From positions 4,353-68,352 of the forward strand of contig JABJOE010000007.1 of NCBI GenBank assembly GCA_018664485.1: a stretch of DNA of 64,000 nucleotides, in the 5' to 3' direction. The notes under the pieces were generated by a model, which ran no database searches, was not told where the DNA came from, and worked only from the letters and a program-made list of their open reading frames with translations. Below are positions 10,099 through 19,560 of this stretch, piece by piece. A program made the position numbers and the translations under genes. This DNA comes from Candidatus Uhrbacteria bacterium. Lineage in GTDB: Bacteria; Patescibacteriota; Patescibacteriia; UBA9934. Positions within the stretch are counted from its first letter, which is position 1. Every line of letters begins with the position of its first letter.

Positions 10099-11628
10099 CT
10101 ATTCAATCAATTTCTCACGCTTTCCAAGAACAACTACAACGCCACCCATAACCCACAGATAAGATGCCAATGTTCTGACCTCCAAGAATGTTGCAAGGAA
10201 CGCGTTAAGCACAATAGCTATCATCGCCGCTGCAACCCCCAAGGCTAACGCCCTAGTCATCGGGTCCTTTGATTTTCTCCACACACGCACACAGGTCAAG
10301 AACAACGTGACATACATCCAAATATAAATACCCAGACCGAGAGTTCCGATCTCACCCCAAAGACTGAGCCAGTTATTGTCGATATATCCTTGCGTACCGT
10401 ACACGCCAAACGGAAGCCCGAGCATTTCATATACATGAGTATTCGAAAGGGCCGCTGCCGCTCCTCCACCGAACATTCCAGGCCCATGACCAAACACTGG
10501 GGACGCCGGAATTACAGATCCAATCGTTTCGATAACCCAATAAACACGTCCCAGTCCATAATATTCACTTCGCCAACGCTCATAAGAAAAGGCTTCAAAA
10601 AATCGCTCAGTCAAATTCTGGTCCGGTACTTCAAGTAATGTATCGACAACCAATCCAGATATAGCAAGATAAATCAAAAGACCACCAATGGCGATACCAA
10701 CCCCCCACCTCACACGTTGATCACGCTTTGCCCATATAGCAATAAACAATGCACCCAATACAAAGCCAAACCAAGATGAGCGAGAGTAAGTAAACGCTAG
10801 GGCAGGAAGTGCTATCAACAACCCCCAGCCAAGCCAAGAATAACGCTTACGGAGCTTCTTTTCATACAGCATCGAAAGACCGATAAGAAGCATGAACGCC
10901 ATAAAAGTACCGAGACGATCATAGCGACCCATAGTACCAAAAATTCGCTGACCATAATCCCAAAACTGAACCGTTCCAGATGTCAGCTGAATGTCTCCAA
11001 AAGAACGACTCTCTGTCGGCAAAAGAAAAGTATCTAATCTCTCACCAAATATCGCCTGCCCATATCCGAGGGCGATTTGTACAGCTAATATAAGGAAAAG
11101 TCCCATCAACACTTTCTTAACCCACTGGGTTGACGGAGCAAGGTGTACGGTTACAAAAAATAGCAAAATGAATCGTATGATCTGCCTTATTCCAAGCAAC
11201 ATGTCAGTAACTGGAATGAAATTGATCAGTGCTGACGCAAGCGCTACAACAATCAAAATAACAAACGAAATATCTATCGGTGTAGTTTCTCTTTTTATTT
11301 GTCCGGTAAACCGTTTCCAAACCGTCGACGCTACAAGTAGATAAATAATACCTTCTGATACATACCGAGCGTATACATACAAATCGTCTGGAACCCACTT
11401 TAGTATGAATGGTTCAAATGGAAGATAGAAAAGTAATAGCGCGAGTGCCCAGGTCGGTCGCAGAAAAGCCAGAACCAACACAAGAAGGCCGGCAAGTGCA
11501 CCGAGCACCAACGACGCTGACGAATAAATCATTATCAAAAGTACACCGATCGACACGGTGAACAAAGCGATACTTGCAATACCGGCATACTCATCACTTG
11601 AACGATAGATCTCTCTGATACCTTTCAT
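10099..11628 (-). CDS. O-antigen ligase / Wzy_C family polytopic membrane protein
   Basis: About 12 TM segments; FTYSRSSW, PVFGHGPGMF and DNNWL..WGE.G.LGL motifs. Confidence 0.85.
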   Translation of the reverse strand: MKGIREIYRSSDEYAGIASIALFTVSIGVLLIMIYSSASLVLGALAGLLVLVLAFLRPTWALALLLFYLPFEPFILKWVPDDLYVYARYVSEGIIYLLVASTVWKRFTGQIKRETTPIDISFVILIVVALASALINFIPVTDMLLGIRQIIRFILLFFVTVHLAPSTQWVKKVLMGLFLILAVQIALGYGQAIFGERLDTFLLPTESRSFGDIQLTSGTVQFWDYGQRIFGTMGRYDRLGTFMAFMLLIGLSMLYEKKLRKRYSWLGWGLLIALPALAFTYSRSSWFGFVLGALFIAIWAKRDQRVRWGVGIAIGGLLIYLAISGLVVDTLLEVPDQNLTERFFEAFSYERWRSEYYGLGRVYWVIETIGSVIPASPVFGHGPGMFGGGAAAALSNTHVYEMLGLPFGVYGTQGYIDNNWLSLWGEIGTLGLGIYIWMYVTLFLTCVRVWRKSKDPMTRALALGVAAAMIAIVLNAFLATFLEVRTLASYLWVMGGVVVVLGKREKLIE

Positions 11629-11698
11629 GAGAACAGTATATCAAAAAAGAATTGATTAGCACCGTACATTCATAATGAAAATCCTGTAGATGCACAAA

Positions 11699-11739
11699 GG
11701 CCGGCTCACTCTCCCCCGAAGGATTGAGATAAGCCGACC
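11699..11739 (-). terminator. Intrinsic terminator of the repeat-protein gene
   Basis: Minus-strand hairpin ggtcggctta...tgagccggcc followed by tttgt. Confidence 0.6.
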
Positions 11740-11775
11740 AAGATAGGTGTTTGAGTTCTGCTCTAGCCGATGCTA

Positions 11776-14283
11776 TTAGCTTCCCTCACCCACAGCGCAA
11801 TGAGTTGCCAGGCCCGCGGTACTGGAAGTCCAGTTACCCGTAGCGATGATGGCATACTCAGTGGTCGTCGATGCCGCCGTCCACGATGCGCAGATGAAGT
11901 TCTCGGTACCAGCTGCGATGGACTCGTTGGCCATGTAGTCGCCCAATACATCGTACTCGGTGGCAGTCCAGATCCGAAGACCTTGACCATCCACTCCGTC
12001 ATTGACGATCACGCAGCAGATTGCGTAGTGGTGTCCCGAGGTAACCGAGAAGCCTGAGCTTCCAAGAGCCTCGTTGTCGACACCTTGTCCGATTGCAGGA
12101 TACAGCAACTCGATCGAGTAAAAGTCACCAGCTCCCGGGTAGGAAGTGTAGGTGAATTCCACGACCGAGGAGGAGGTGGTTCCAGACGAACTAGCATACG
12201 GCTCCCAATTACTCAAGCCACCCTCAAAGGTGGAGTCACCCTCTTCGTCAGGGAAGAGATTGACCGCCGCCGAGTCGAAGGTGAAGGATCCTGCATCTGT
12301 CGACACCGTCTCCCCCGCCCTGTCCCAGACACCGTCGCAGTCCTGATCCCAGGCGCTGTACGGATTGGCAGCCTCGCCAGGATTGACGAAGTCGACCTCA
12401 TCGTTGCAATCGGTTCCAGAGGAATCGACGCACGTTTCATCGACGTATCCGTCACCATCTGCGTCGGTCAAGCCGTCAGTGGCACTCCCCGAGCAATCCA
12501 TGTCCCGCGTGTCGCCGCAGTCCTCCGTTGCCGATGAGTTGACCTCATCGTCATCGTCGTCGCAGTCGGTTCCGCCGTAGGAATCATGATCCTCTCCATC
12601 GAGGTCCTGATCGTAGTCGTTTGCGCCGTCACAGTCGCTGTCCACACCGTCGTACCACGTGTCAGTGGCCGAGGTGTTGACCGCGGAGTCAGTGTCGTCG
12701 CAGTCGGTACCGGAATACGCGTCCGAGTCCTCTCCATCACTGTCCGCATCGTAGTCTGACGCACCATCACAATCCTGATCCACACCGTCGTACCACGTCT
12801 CCGTGGCGCCAGGGTTGATCGAGGAATCCGTGTCATCGCAGTCATCACCGGACGAACCGGTACATACCTCATCGATGTAGGAGTCGCCGTCAACGTCGGT
12901 CGTGCCATCAAGGGCACTACCAGAACAGTCCAAGTCCCGCGTGTCGCCGCAGTCCTCCGTTGCCGATGAGTTGACCTCATCGTCAACGTCGTCGCAGTCG
13001 GTTCCGCCGTAGGAATCATGGTCCTCTCCATCGAGGTCCTGATCGTAGTCCGATGCACCGTCACAGTCACTGTCCACACCGTCGTACCACGTCTCGGTGG
13101 CGCCAGGGTAAACAGTAGAGTCAGCGTCGTCGCAGTCGGTACCGCCATCACAGCTGTCATGGACATACGAATCAGCGTCCACATCCGTGGCACCATCACT
13201 GGCACCGCCGGAACAATCGAGATCCCGCGAATCATCGCAGTCCTCGCTGGCACCCGGGTTGACCTCAACGTCGGTGTCGTCGCAGTCGCTGTCGTCGAGC
13301 CCGTAGCCTGACGGCTGCGAGCAAGAGTCCTGACTGGCCGCCGCGTCGCCATAGCCATCCTCGTCGGTGTCTGCGAAGTAGGTCGTCCCACTACTGACAT
13401 CCCAACTCGAATCAAGTGAGTCGACGTAGCCATCACAGTCATCATCGACCGTGTTGCAGACTTCAGTCGCGCCGGGGTGAACCTCGGCGTTCCCGTCGTC
13501 GCAGTCGGTTCCGTACGGAGAGTAGCCACCCTCGACACCATCACACGATGCGATCTCCTCACCATCGAAGTCTGCGTCACCGTAGAGGTCACCATCCCCA
13601 TCGGGGTACTGGATAAGCACGATGTCGTCGACATCCTCTGCGTCGGTCAGACCGTCACAGTCGTTGTCGAGTTCATCACACACCTCAATGGCATAGAGGT
13701 TGACGCTAGGCTCGGTGTCGTCGCAGTCATCTGCATTGTCGACATAGCCGATCTCGAGCGTACACGACTCATACGGAGCGTCGGGATCACCGTAGCGATC
13801 ACCATCCACATCCGGATAGGAGGTCGTGGTCACACCTTCGTCGACCTCGCCGTCGCAGTTATTGTCCTGCTCGTCACACACCTCGATGGCGCCCGGATTG
13901 ATGTCACCGTCGTCGTCGTTGCAGTCACCGCTCTGTGCACTGAAACCCTCGGGGGTCTCGCAAGCCAGTTGCGTTGACGTATCGTCGCCGAAGCCGTCAG
14001 CATCGCTATCTTCGAAGAAGTTCGTCTGAACGTCCTCATCGGTGGCGCCGTCACAGTCGTTGTCTTTCCCGTCGCACACCTCGGTGGCATCAGGATTGAC
14101 AGCGGCGTTGCTGTCGTCGCAGTCGTCGTCGGCGTTGAAGCCATCGCCGTCGTCGTCAGCACCACTCGGCGTGTCAGTGTCCGCGATCTGGGCTCTGAAA
14201 GCCGGAAGACCATCAGCGCCATCCAGAGCGCATGCGCTCAGGAGCGCAACGAGCACCATCTGCAGGATTGATCGAAGTCTCAT
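11776..14283 (-). CDS. GC-rich Asp/Cys-repeat surface protein (putative metal-binding MopE-type repeats), possible lipoprotein
   Basis: About 12 repeats of DCDD.D..VNP.A.E.C/W.DG.D.DCDG. The start is moved to the ATG at 14283, which follows the SD GAGGAG. Lipobox-like LLSAC at Cys18. Confidence 0.85.
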   Translation of the reverse strand: MRLRSILQMVLVALLSACALDGADGLPAFRAQIADTDTPSGADDDGDGFNADDDCDDSNAAVNPDATEVCDGKDNDCDGATDEDVQTNFFEDSDADGFGDDTSTQLACETPEGFSAQSGDCNDDDGDINPGAIEVCDEQDNNCDGEVDEGVTTTSYPDVDGDRYGDPDAPYESCTLEIGYVDNADDCDDTEPSVNLYAIEVCDELDNDCDGLTDAEDVDDIVLIQYPDGDGDLYGDADFDGEEIASCDGVEGGYSPYGTDCDDGNAEVHPGATEVCNTVDDDCDGYVDSLDSSWDVSSGTTYFADTDEDGYGDAAASQDSCSQPSGYGLDDSDCDDTDVEVNPGASEDCDDSRDLDCSGGASDGATDVDADSYVHDSCDGGTDCDDADSTVYPGATETWYDGVDSDCDGASDYDQDLDGEDHDSYGGTDCDDVDDEVNSSATEDCGDTRDLDCSGSALDGTTDVDGDSYIDEVCTGSSGDDCDDTDSSINPGATETWYDGVDQDCDGASDYDADSDGEDSDAYSGTDCDDTDSAVNTSATDTWYDGVDSDCDGANDYDQDLDGEDHDSYGGTDCDDDDDEVNSSATEDCGDTRDMDCSGSATDGLTDADGDGYVDETCVDSSGTDCNDEVDFVNPGEAANPYSAWDQDCDGVWDRAGETVSTDAGSFTFDSAAVNLFPDEEGDSTFEGGLSNWEPYASSSGTTSSSVVEFTYTSYPGAGDFYSIELLYPAIGQGVDNEALGSSGFSVTSGHHYAICCVIVNDGVDGQGLRIWTATEYDVLGDYMANESIAAGTENFICASWTAASTTTEYAIIATGNWTSSTAGLATHCAVGEGS
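12502..13091. repeat. Near-identical intragenic duplication (~160 bp, 432-bp offset)
   Basis: 12502-12660 matches 12934-13091; both encode YDQDLDGEDHDSYGGTDCDD.DDEVNSSATEDCGDTRD. Confidence 0.85.
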
Positions 14284-14453
14284 GTCATCTCCTCGGAAGG
14301 GGAAAATGGGTTGGTTGCCTGGAAGTCTTTTTAGGAGCAAATCGCCCCTTAGCGCCTCCTCCCTATTTAGGGAGCAGAACGCCACAATGTACAGTGTACG
14401 CGCCTAATTGTAAAGAGCAAGTAAACAACTGCCCTCAATCCCCCGCCAGGCGT

Positions 14454-14482
14454 TTGACAGTATTTTCAGCAAATGATAGACT
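14454..14482 (+). promoter_or_regulatory. Sigma70 promoter of rpmE
   Basis: TTGACA-N17-TAGACT, with an extended TG. Confidence 0.7.
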
Positions 14483-14493
14483 CTCGTCGTTCT

Positions 14494-14790
14494 ATGAAAG
14501 CTGACATTCACCCAACTTACCACGCAAAAGCAGCAATTTCTTGCGCTTGTGGAGCAAAATACGATACTGGATCTACCATGGAGGCGATCTCAGTTGAGTT
14601 GTGTTCTGCTTGTCATCCTTTCTATACTGGAAAGCAAAAAATCGTTGATACGGCTCGTCGAGTTGAAAAATTCGTTAAACGAACCGAAAAGAAGGACAAT
14701 ACAGCACTTGATCATAAGGCAAAGGCAGAAAAGAAAGCTGCTCGTGCTAAAAAGCGTGCTGACAAAAAAGCAAAGGCTGATCAGGAATAG
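14494..14790 (+). CDS. rpmE: 50S ribosomal protein L31 (Zn-binding type) with Lys/Ala-rich tail
   Basis: [13 protein letters not shown] and [13 protein letters not shown] motifs. Confidence 0.96.
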   Translation: MKADIHPTYHAKAAISCACGAKYDTGSTMEAISVELCSACHPFYTGKQKIVDTARRVEKFVKRTEKKDNTALDHKAKAEKKAARAKKRADKKAKADQE

Positions 14791-14803
14791 TGATTTTACT
14801 TTC

Positions 14804-14834
14804 AAAAGGCGTCCGCTAAATGCGGGCGTTTTGC
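14804..14834 (+). terminator. Intrinsic terminator after rpmE
   Basis: gcgtccgc-taaat-gcgggcgt followed by ttt. Confidence 0.6.
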
Positions 14835-14934
14835 GTTAAAGAAATACTCACTCCCCCGCCATTATCTAATTGAACGCACAAAGATCGCTCACAACTCGGC
14901 AAAACACTATTTTCAAGGTAAGATCTTAATAGCT

Positions 14935-16008
14935 ATGGACATCAAATCACTTCTCACAAAAAAAAGAGAACAAGTTAAAAATCTTGAATCCGATCTAATG
15001 GATCCGGCCGTTATTAGTGATCGAAAAAAACTAGAAGAAACTAACCGGTCTTACCACCGAGAAAAAAAGCTACTTGATCTTCTTGATGAGTACGAGCAAA
15101 AGCAGAAACATCTTGAAGTAGCACGAGAAACCCTTAAAGAAGATGACAAAGAAATGCGTGCACTTGCGCAAGAGGAAATTACAGAATTTGAAACAGCTCT
15201 TCCAGGCCTCGAAAAACAAATTCAGCTAGCCCTTGTTCCACGCGATCCGGTTGATGAGAATGATGCCATCGTAGAGATTCGTGCAGGCGCAGGTGGGGAC
15301 GAAGCGTCTTTGTTTGCAGGTGATCTGTACAAGATGTACAACCTCTACTCTGAAATGCATGGACGAAAGATTCAACTAATATCAAAAAGCCAAAACGACT
15401 TGGGCGGGTTTAAAGAAGTTGTTTTTGAAATTCAAGGAGACGGTGCGTACGGTGAAATGAAGTATGAATCTGGAGTGCATCGTGTTCAGCGCGTTCCAGA
15501 AACAGAAAAACAAGGTCGTATCCATACGTCTACCGCAACAGTTGCTGTTCTTCCAAAAATTGAAGAGGAAGAGTTCCATCTTGACCCCAAAGACTTGGAT
15601 ATTGAAGCTACAACCTCAACTGGTGCTGGAGGACAGTCAGTAAACACAACATATTCGGCTATTCGAATCATCCACAAACCTACAGGTATCCTCGTGTACT
15701 GTCAGGAAGAACGTTCACAACGACAAAATAAAGACCGAGCACTCGATATTATGCGTGCCCGCGTGTATGCCAAAGAACAAGAGGAAAAACAGGCAGAACT
15801 TGACGCTAATCGTCGAGACCAAATTGGTTCTGGAGATCGATCAGAGAAAATTAGAACATACAACTTCCCGCAAGATCGTGTAACAGACCATCGTATTAAA
15901 GAGTCATGGCACAACCTGCCGGGTATTCTAACTGGAGAGATTGAAGAAATTCTAACAGCGCTACAACTAGCAGACACACAAAAACGAAACGAAGAAGCAA
16001 TCAAATGA
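14935..16008 (+). CDS. prfA: Peptide chain release factor 1
   Basis: [11 protein letters not shown] (PxT motif), GAGGQ and RSEKIRTYN. Confidence 0.97.
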   Translation: MDIKSLLTKKREQVKNLESDLMDPAVISDRKKLEETNRSYHREKKLLDLLDEYEQKQKHLEVARETLKEDDKEMRALAQEEITEFETALPGLEKQIQLALVPRDPVDENDAIVEIRAGAGGDEASLFAGDLYKMYNLYSEMHGRKIQLISKSQNDLGGFKEVVFEIQGDGAYGEMKYESGVHRVQRVPETEKQGRIHTSTATVAVLPKIEEEEFHLDPKDLDIEATTSTGAGGQSVNTTYSAIRIIHKPTGILVYCQEERSQRQNKDRALDIMRARVYAKEQEEKQAELDANRRDQIGSGDRSEKIRTYNFPQDRVTDHRIKESWHNLPGILTGEIEEILTALQLADTQKRNEEAIK

Positions 16009-16886
16009 CAATACTCGAAGCCCTCAACTGGGGACAAGAACAATTGAAACAGACAGCACACGAAAAGCGAGAATCCTGTGAACCTATGGGAGACTCCCAG
16101 CTGCTACTTGCGGCATGTCTTTCAAAACCGACAGCTTTTTTATTTTCTCATTTTGAAGACCCCCTTTCACAAACCATTATTGAAAAATACCAACGTTTCA
16201 TTGCACGACGAAAACGGCACGAGCCTATCGCTTACATTTTACAGACCGCACATTTCTACGGGCGCCCATTCCACGTAAATCCTTTTGTTTTAATACCTCG
16301 TCCTGAAACAGAATCTATAATCGATTTAGCAAAAGAAATCCTTCAAGACACATCTACCATAATTGACGTAGGTACCGGGTCAGGAGCAATTGCTGTCACA
16401 CTTGCAGCGGAGTTTAATCAGCCAGTTATTGCAATCGACATAGATCCGCAAGCACTTAGCGTTGCCAAGAGAAATGCTGATCGAGCCAATGTCGGCCACC
16501 TTCTATCTTTCATGCACGGTGACCTTCTTGAACCGCTTGCAATGTCTGGTATACGCGAAACAAATCAGCCCCACACTCTAATCACTGCAAACCTCCCCTA
16601 TCTCACTCAAACTCAGTTTAAGCTTACAGACCCAGATGTACAGACATACGAGCCTAAGCACGCTCTTGTTGGGGGACTAGATGGCCTTGAGCACTATGAT
16701 CGGCTATTTGCACAGCTGGCTATGATGCGTGATCGGCTCACGAAAACCGTAGACATCATTATCGAAATTGATCCATCACAAAGCAATCCGTTGGCACAGA
16801 TCATTCGATCTCACTTCCCTGAGGCGAATGCTGAGATCATCGTTGACCTTACAAAAAAAGATCGCTTTGTACACGTTTCAATATAA
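16005..16886 (+). CDS. prmC: Release factor glutamine methyltransferase
   Basis: [16 protein letters not shown] and NLPY motifs; overlaps the prfA stop. Confidence 0.95.
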   Translation: MTILEALNWGQEQLKQTAHEKRESCEPMGDSQLLLAACLSKPTAFLFSHFEDPLSQTIIEKYQRFIARRKRHEPIAYILQTAHFYGRPFHVNPFVLIPRPETESIIDLAKEILQDTSTIIDVGTGSGAIAVTLAAEFNQPVIAIDIDPQALSVAKRNADRANVGHLLSFMHGDLLEPLAMSGIRETNQPHTLITANLPYLTQTQFKLTDPDVQTYEPKHALVGGLDGLEHYDRLFAQLAMMRDRLTKTVDIIIEIDPSQSNPLAQIIRSHFPEANAEIIVDLTKKDRFVHVSI

Positions 16887-16973
16887 ATAGCTCCTACAAA
16901 TTGACATTGTAGGGCTCTTTTTTTATCCTTAAACTACACCATCTCTTTTGGTGCAATTCCACCCTGGAACGCC

Positions 16974-17024
16974 ATGCCCACCCTGTGCATCTTCTTCACC
17001 GTCCTCGCCCTGATCGTCTGGTAG
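16974..17024 (+). CDS. Candidate 16-aa hydrophobic micro-peptide MPTLCIFFTVLALIVW
   Basis: All 15 non-start sense codons end in G or C. TTGACA(16901)-N17-TATCCT lies upstream and a GC hairpin with T-tract lies downstream (17048-17084). Confidence 0.5.
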   Translation: MPTLCIFFTVLALIVW

Positions 17025-17116
17025 GTCAACGCCGACCACAACTCGTCCCGCAGCGCCCCTCGTGGTGTTGCGGTTCGTTTTTTTATTCAAAAAAGACGGC
17101 CGAAGCCGCCTCTTTC

Positions 17117-18202
17117 TTACTTATATTCAACCTGTGACAGATCATCCACTATCTCTATCCATGTCACTCCAGGATGCATTTCAACCTCCCCGCCATTTAG
17201 ATAGAACGTAATGCGGCCGCCGTCCTCCATCCTCCACTCAACTAAATCAACGTTACCCATGCGGAATAGCAAAGCGTTACCGCGACTAAATGTATCAATA
17301 GATTTTCGGCCAATATTATCAATCGTTCTTATATCCATTGCGAGCACCGCTACTGTGTCTGACCAGATATTTGCCCCATCCTCCATCCGTGTTGGAGATC
17401 CGTATGTGTAACGAAGATATGATTCTTCATCAATATCATATTCCCAGTCAACGTCATATACAACGCCATCTGCAAAATCGATCTCAACCAGTAACACAGG
17501 TTCTTCCGCAGGCTCAACCTCACCATAGATCCACTGGTCATAATCAAGTGGCTGTAGATCCAGTCGATCGCTCGCTTCGATCAAAAGCTCAATAGTTGTA
17601 AACACATTGTGAGGTGCGAAGCGAGTTCCGTTTTCACGCCAGAAATAATCTCCAAACCAGAACTGGTTAATGTCTAATGTATCTCCATCCAGAATCTGCT
17701 CCAGCGCGTCAGGAGAGCCTCCAACATGCCCATAGAGAGCCTGCAAGCTATCTGCCCAATCAACATAGTAAGGGCGTGCTGAACGAACAGGTCCAATCTT
17801 ATCTACTTCATCCTCATCCGAAAACAGTACCAGGAAACGAGGAATGCCAGCCTCAACCGGAGCCTCTATAACCATGAAAGCCTGATCCAAACCAGACAAT
17901 GGCCAAGCGTCAGCAGAGTTCTCTACCATCACTCCAATCACTTGTGGAAGTGATTCGTAAGCCTCTTGTATCACCTCACCCGTTAACGGATGACGAATAG
18001 GCTCATCAACTAATATCTCCTCCACAATTTCGGCAACTGGTCCTGGAAGCGAAGACAAGAATGTCCATCCAGCAATAGCGCCTACCACTACAAGAACAAC
18101 GAGCGCTATCCACATCTCATCGATGCGAACGCTAGACAACAAAGAAGCGAGCCCCTTGCGAGACTCGATCTTCTTTTCGTTGTTCGGTTTTTTATTTTGC
18201 AT
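17117..18202 (-). CDS. DUF3048 (YerB-like) membrane-anchored protein
   Basis: HPLTG, VMVENS..AWP.SGL..A, GPVRSARPY and APHN motifs. The start is reassigned to the ATG at 18202, overlapping the rplY end. Confidence 0.85.
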   Translation of the reverse strand: MQNKKPNNEKKIESRKGLASLLSSVRIDEMWIALVVLVVVGAIAGWTFLSSLPGPVAEIVEEILVDEPIRHPLTGEVIQEAYESLPQVIGVMVENSADAWPLSGLDQAFMVIEAPVEAGIPRFLVLFSDEDEVDKIGPVRSARPYYVDWADSLQALYGHVGGSPDALEQILDGDTLDINQFWFGDYFWRENGTRFAPHNVFTTIELLIEASDRLDLQPLDYDQWIYGEVEPAEEPVLLVEIDFADGVVYDVDWEYDIDEESYLRYTYGSPTRMEDGANIWSDTVAVLAMDIRTIDNIGRKSIDTFSRGNALLFRMGNVDLVEWRMEDGGRITFYLNGGEVEMHPGVTWIEIVDDLSQVEYK

Positions 18203-18857
18203 TTGATTCCCCCTCCTTCTTGTCGTCACCTTCGGCTCCAGCAGCTTCGTTACCGTCAGCACCATCTTCAATTGGAGCATCAAGTTCGTCGATAGCTTCA
18301 GCCTGTCGTGGCATCTGAACGATTGCGATTGTTTGCTTTGGATCTGTTGTAATTTCCATTCCTTCCGGAACAACGATGTCAGACACATGTAGAGCATCTT
18401 CAAATGTTGCAAGTGGAGCAATGTCGAGAACGAATTCACGAACCAATGCGCTCGGCAACGCTTCTACGTCCACCTCGTCAATTGCTTGCACAAGTGTTCC
18501 ACTCATATCCTTTACGGCAAGTGATACACCCTCCAATCGAACGCTCACAGATGTCTGCACCTTCTCGTTCATGTTGATACGACGGAAGTCAGCATGTGTG
18601 ATGTACTCAGTAAGTGGATCTCGTTGTAACTCCTGGATCAACACGTTATGAGCGGTACCGTCAACATCTACAGACACCACAGTACTCACTCCAGCCTTTG
18701 CGTATAGTCGCTCAAGGTCGGATCGATCAAGAGAAAGATTTGTTGGCTCGATTTCAAACCCATACATAACAGCAGGAACTTCCCCTTCTAAACGTAGTGA
18801 GTTTGTCTTGCGGCCCATGATTTCTCGGGCCTTAGCAGCTATCGTATTATCAGACAT
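18192..18857 (-). CDS. rplY: 50S ribosomal protein L25 / CTC
   Basis: LR.EGEVPAVMYG and QRDPLT..ITHADF motifs, with a CTC C-terminal domain; start at ATG 18857. Confidence 0.94.
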   Translation of the reverse strand: MSDNTIAAKAREIMGRKTNSLRLEGEVPAVMYGFEIEPTNLSLDRSDLERLYAKAGVSTVVSVDVDGTAHNVLIQELQRDPLTEYITHADFRRINMNEKVQTSVSVRLEGVSLAVKDMSGTLVQAIDEVDVEALPSALVREFVLDIAPLATFEDALHVSDIVVPEGMEITTDPKQTIAIVQMPRQAEAIDELDAPIEDGADGNEAAGAEGDDKKEGESNAK

Positions 18858-18955
18858 ATGAAATTTTTGCCCTTTCGGGTCTTTTCTTTGGAATAACGGC
18901 ACTATTGAACCGCATTTAGCCTATCCTGTCAACCTTTATAGAAATAGACAATCTT

Positions 18956-19279
18956 CTACTTTGAGAACAATTCCTGACTCCATGCAATGTCTAGCGCCTC
19001 ATGAGCCTCCATAACGTCGCCAATACTTACGATTTCCTTCCCATGGAAGAGTTTAGCGTCCTCAAATGAGCAGTCTGTCATCAGCCCAGAGCACATAACC
19101 CCCTCTTTTTGACGTAATACAGAAAAGAGCATTGAATGCTTACATTTATCGCAAGTGAGGTGAAATAGAGTCTGCTCCTTAGCCTTCCTCAAAATACGTA
19201 CATTTTGATAAATATACGCAGTTTTACAGGTCGGGCAAGCGCCTACAATACCCATTGGGTCATTTTCGTGTGAGTGCAT
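18956..19279 (-). CDS. Small zinc-ribbon protein, function unknown
   Basis: CPTC ... HLTCDKC pair. Confidence 0.65.
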   Translation of the reverse strand: MHSHENDPMGIVGACPTCKTAYIYQNVRILRKAKEQTLFHLTCDKCKHSMLFSVLRQKEGVMCSGLMTDCSFEDAKLFHGKEIVSIGDVMEAHEALDIAWSQELFSK

Positions 19280-19437
19280 GTCGTGAGAATTTAAATATGT
19301 TTTTTGATTGATGTAGATATGCGTTGACAAAGCATGTCAGGCCCCGCAACATTGAAGTGTCCAAAGATATCCGCAGACTATTACAAGCTGCCATGTTCTC
19401 GACTCATTCGGAAGAATGTTTAGGCGAGACTAGCGAA

Positions 19438-19557
19438 GGACGGATATATTTGAGATCAATTCTAGGAGCGGGGAAAACGGTGAGGAGCCGTACTAATACG
19501 TACGGTAACGAACCGTAGGGGCCCCGCAACACCGAAGTGGTCCAAAGATATCCGTCC
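19438..19557. repeat. Long palindromic element, copy A (RPE-like)
   Basis: Ends ggacggatat/atatccgtcc; core GGAGCCGTAC-taatac-GTACGGTAA. Its right arm is partly duplicated at 19340-19373. Confidence 0.75.
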
Positions 19558-19560
19558 CTA

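Noticed and set aside
12502-13091. Repeat pair as a diversity-generating retroelement TR/VR
   Set aside because: Mismatches are not adenine-specific, both copies are in frame within one gene, and no reverse transcriptase is present in the window.
11763-14407. Many long overlapping ORFs (e.g. 12468-13634 minus, 13477-13977 plus)
   Set aside because: These are shadow frames caused by the high GC and repetitive codons of the Asp/Cys repeat gene; their translations are low-complexity.
18203-18439. Long N-terminal extension of the DUF3048 ORF overlapping rplY
   Set aside because: An artefact of taking the most upstream start; the ATG at 18202 gives a normal short overlap.
19340-19557. Direct repeats as a CRISPR array
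   Set aside because: There are only two imperfect copies 180 bp apart, and no cas genes.
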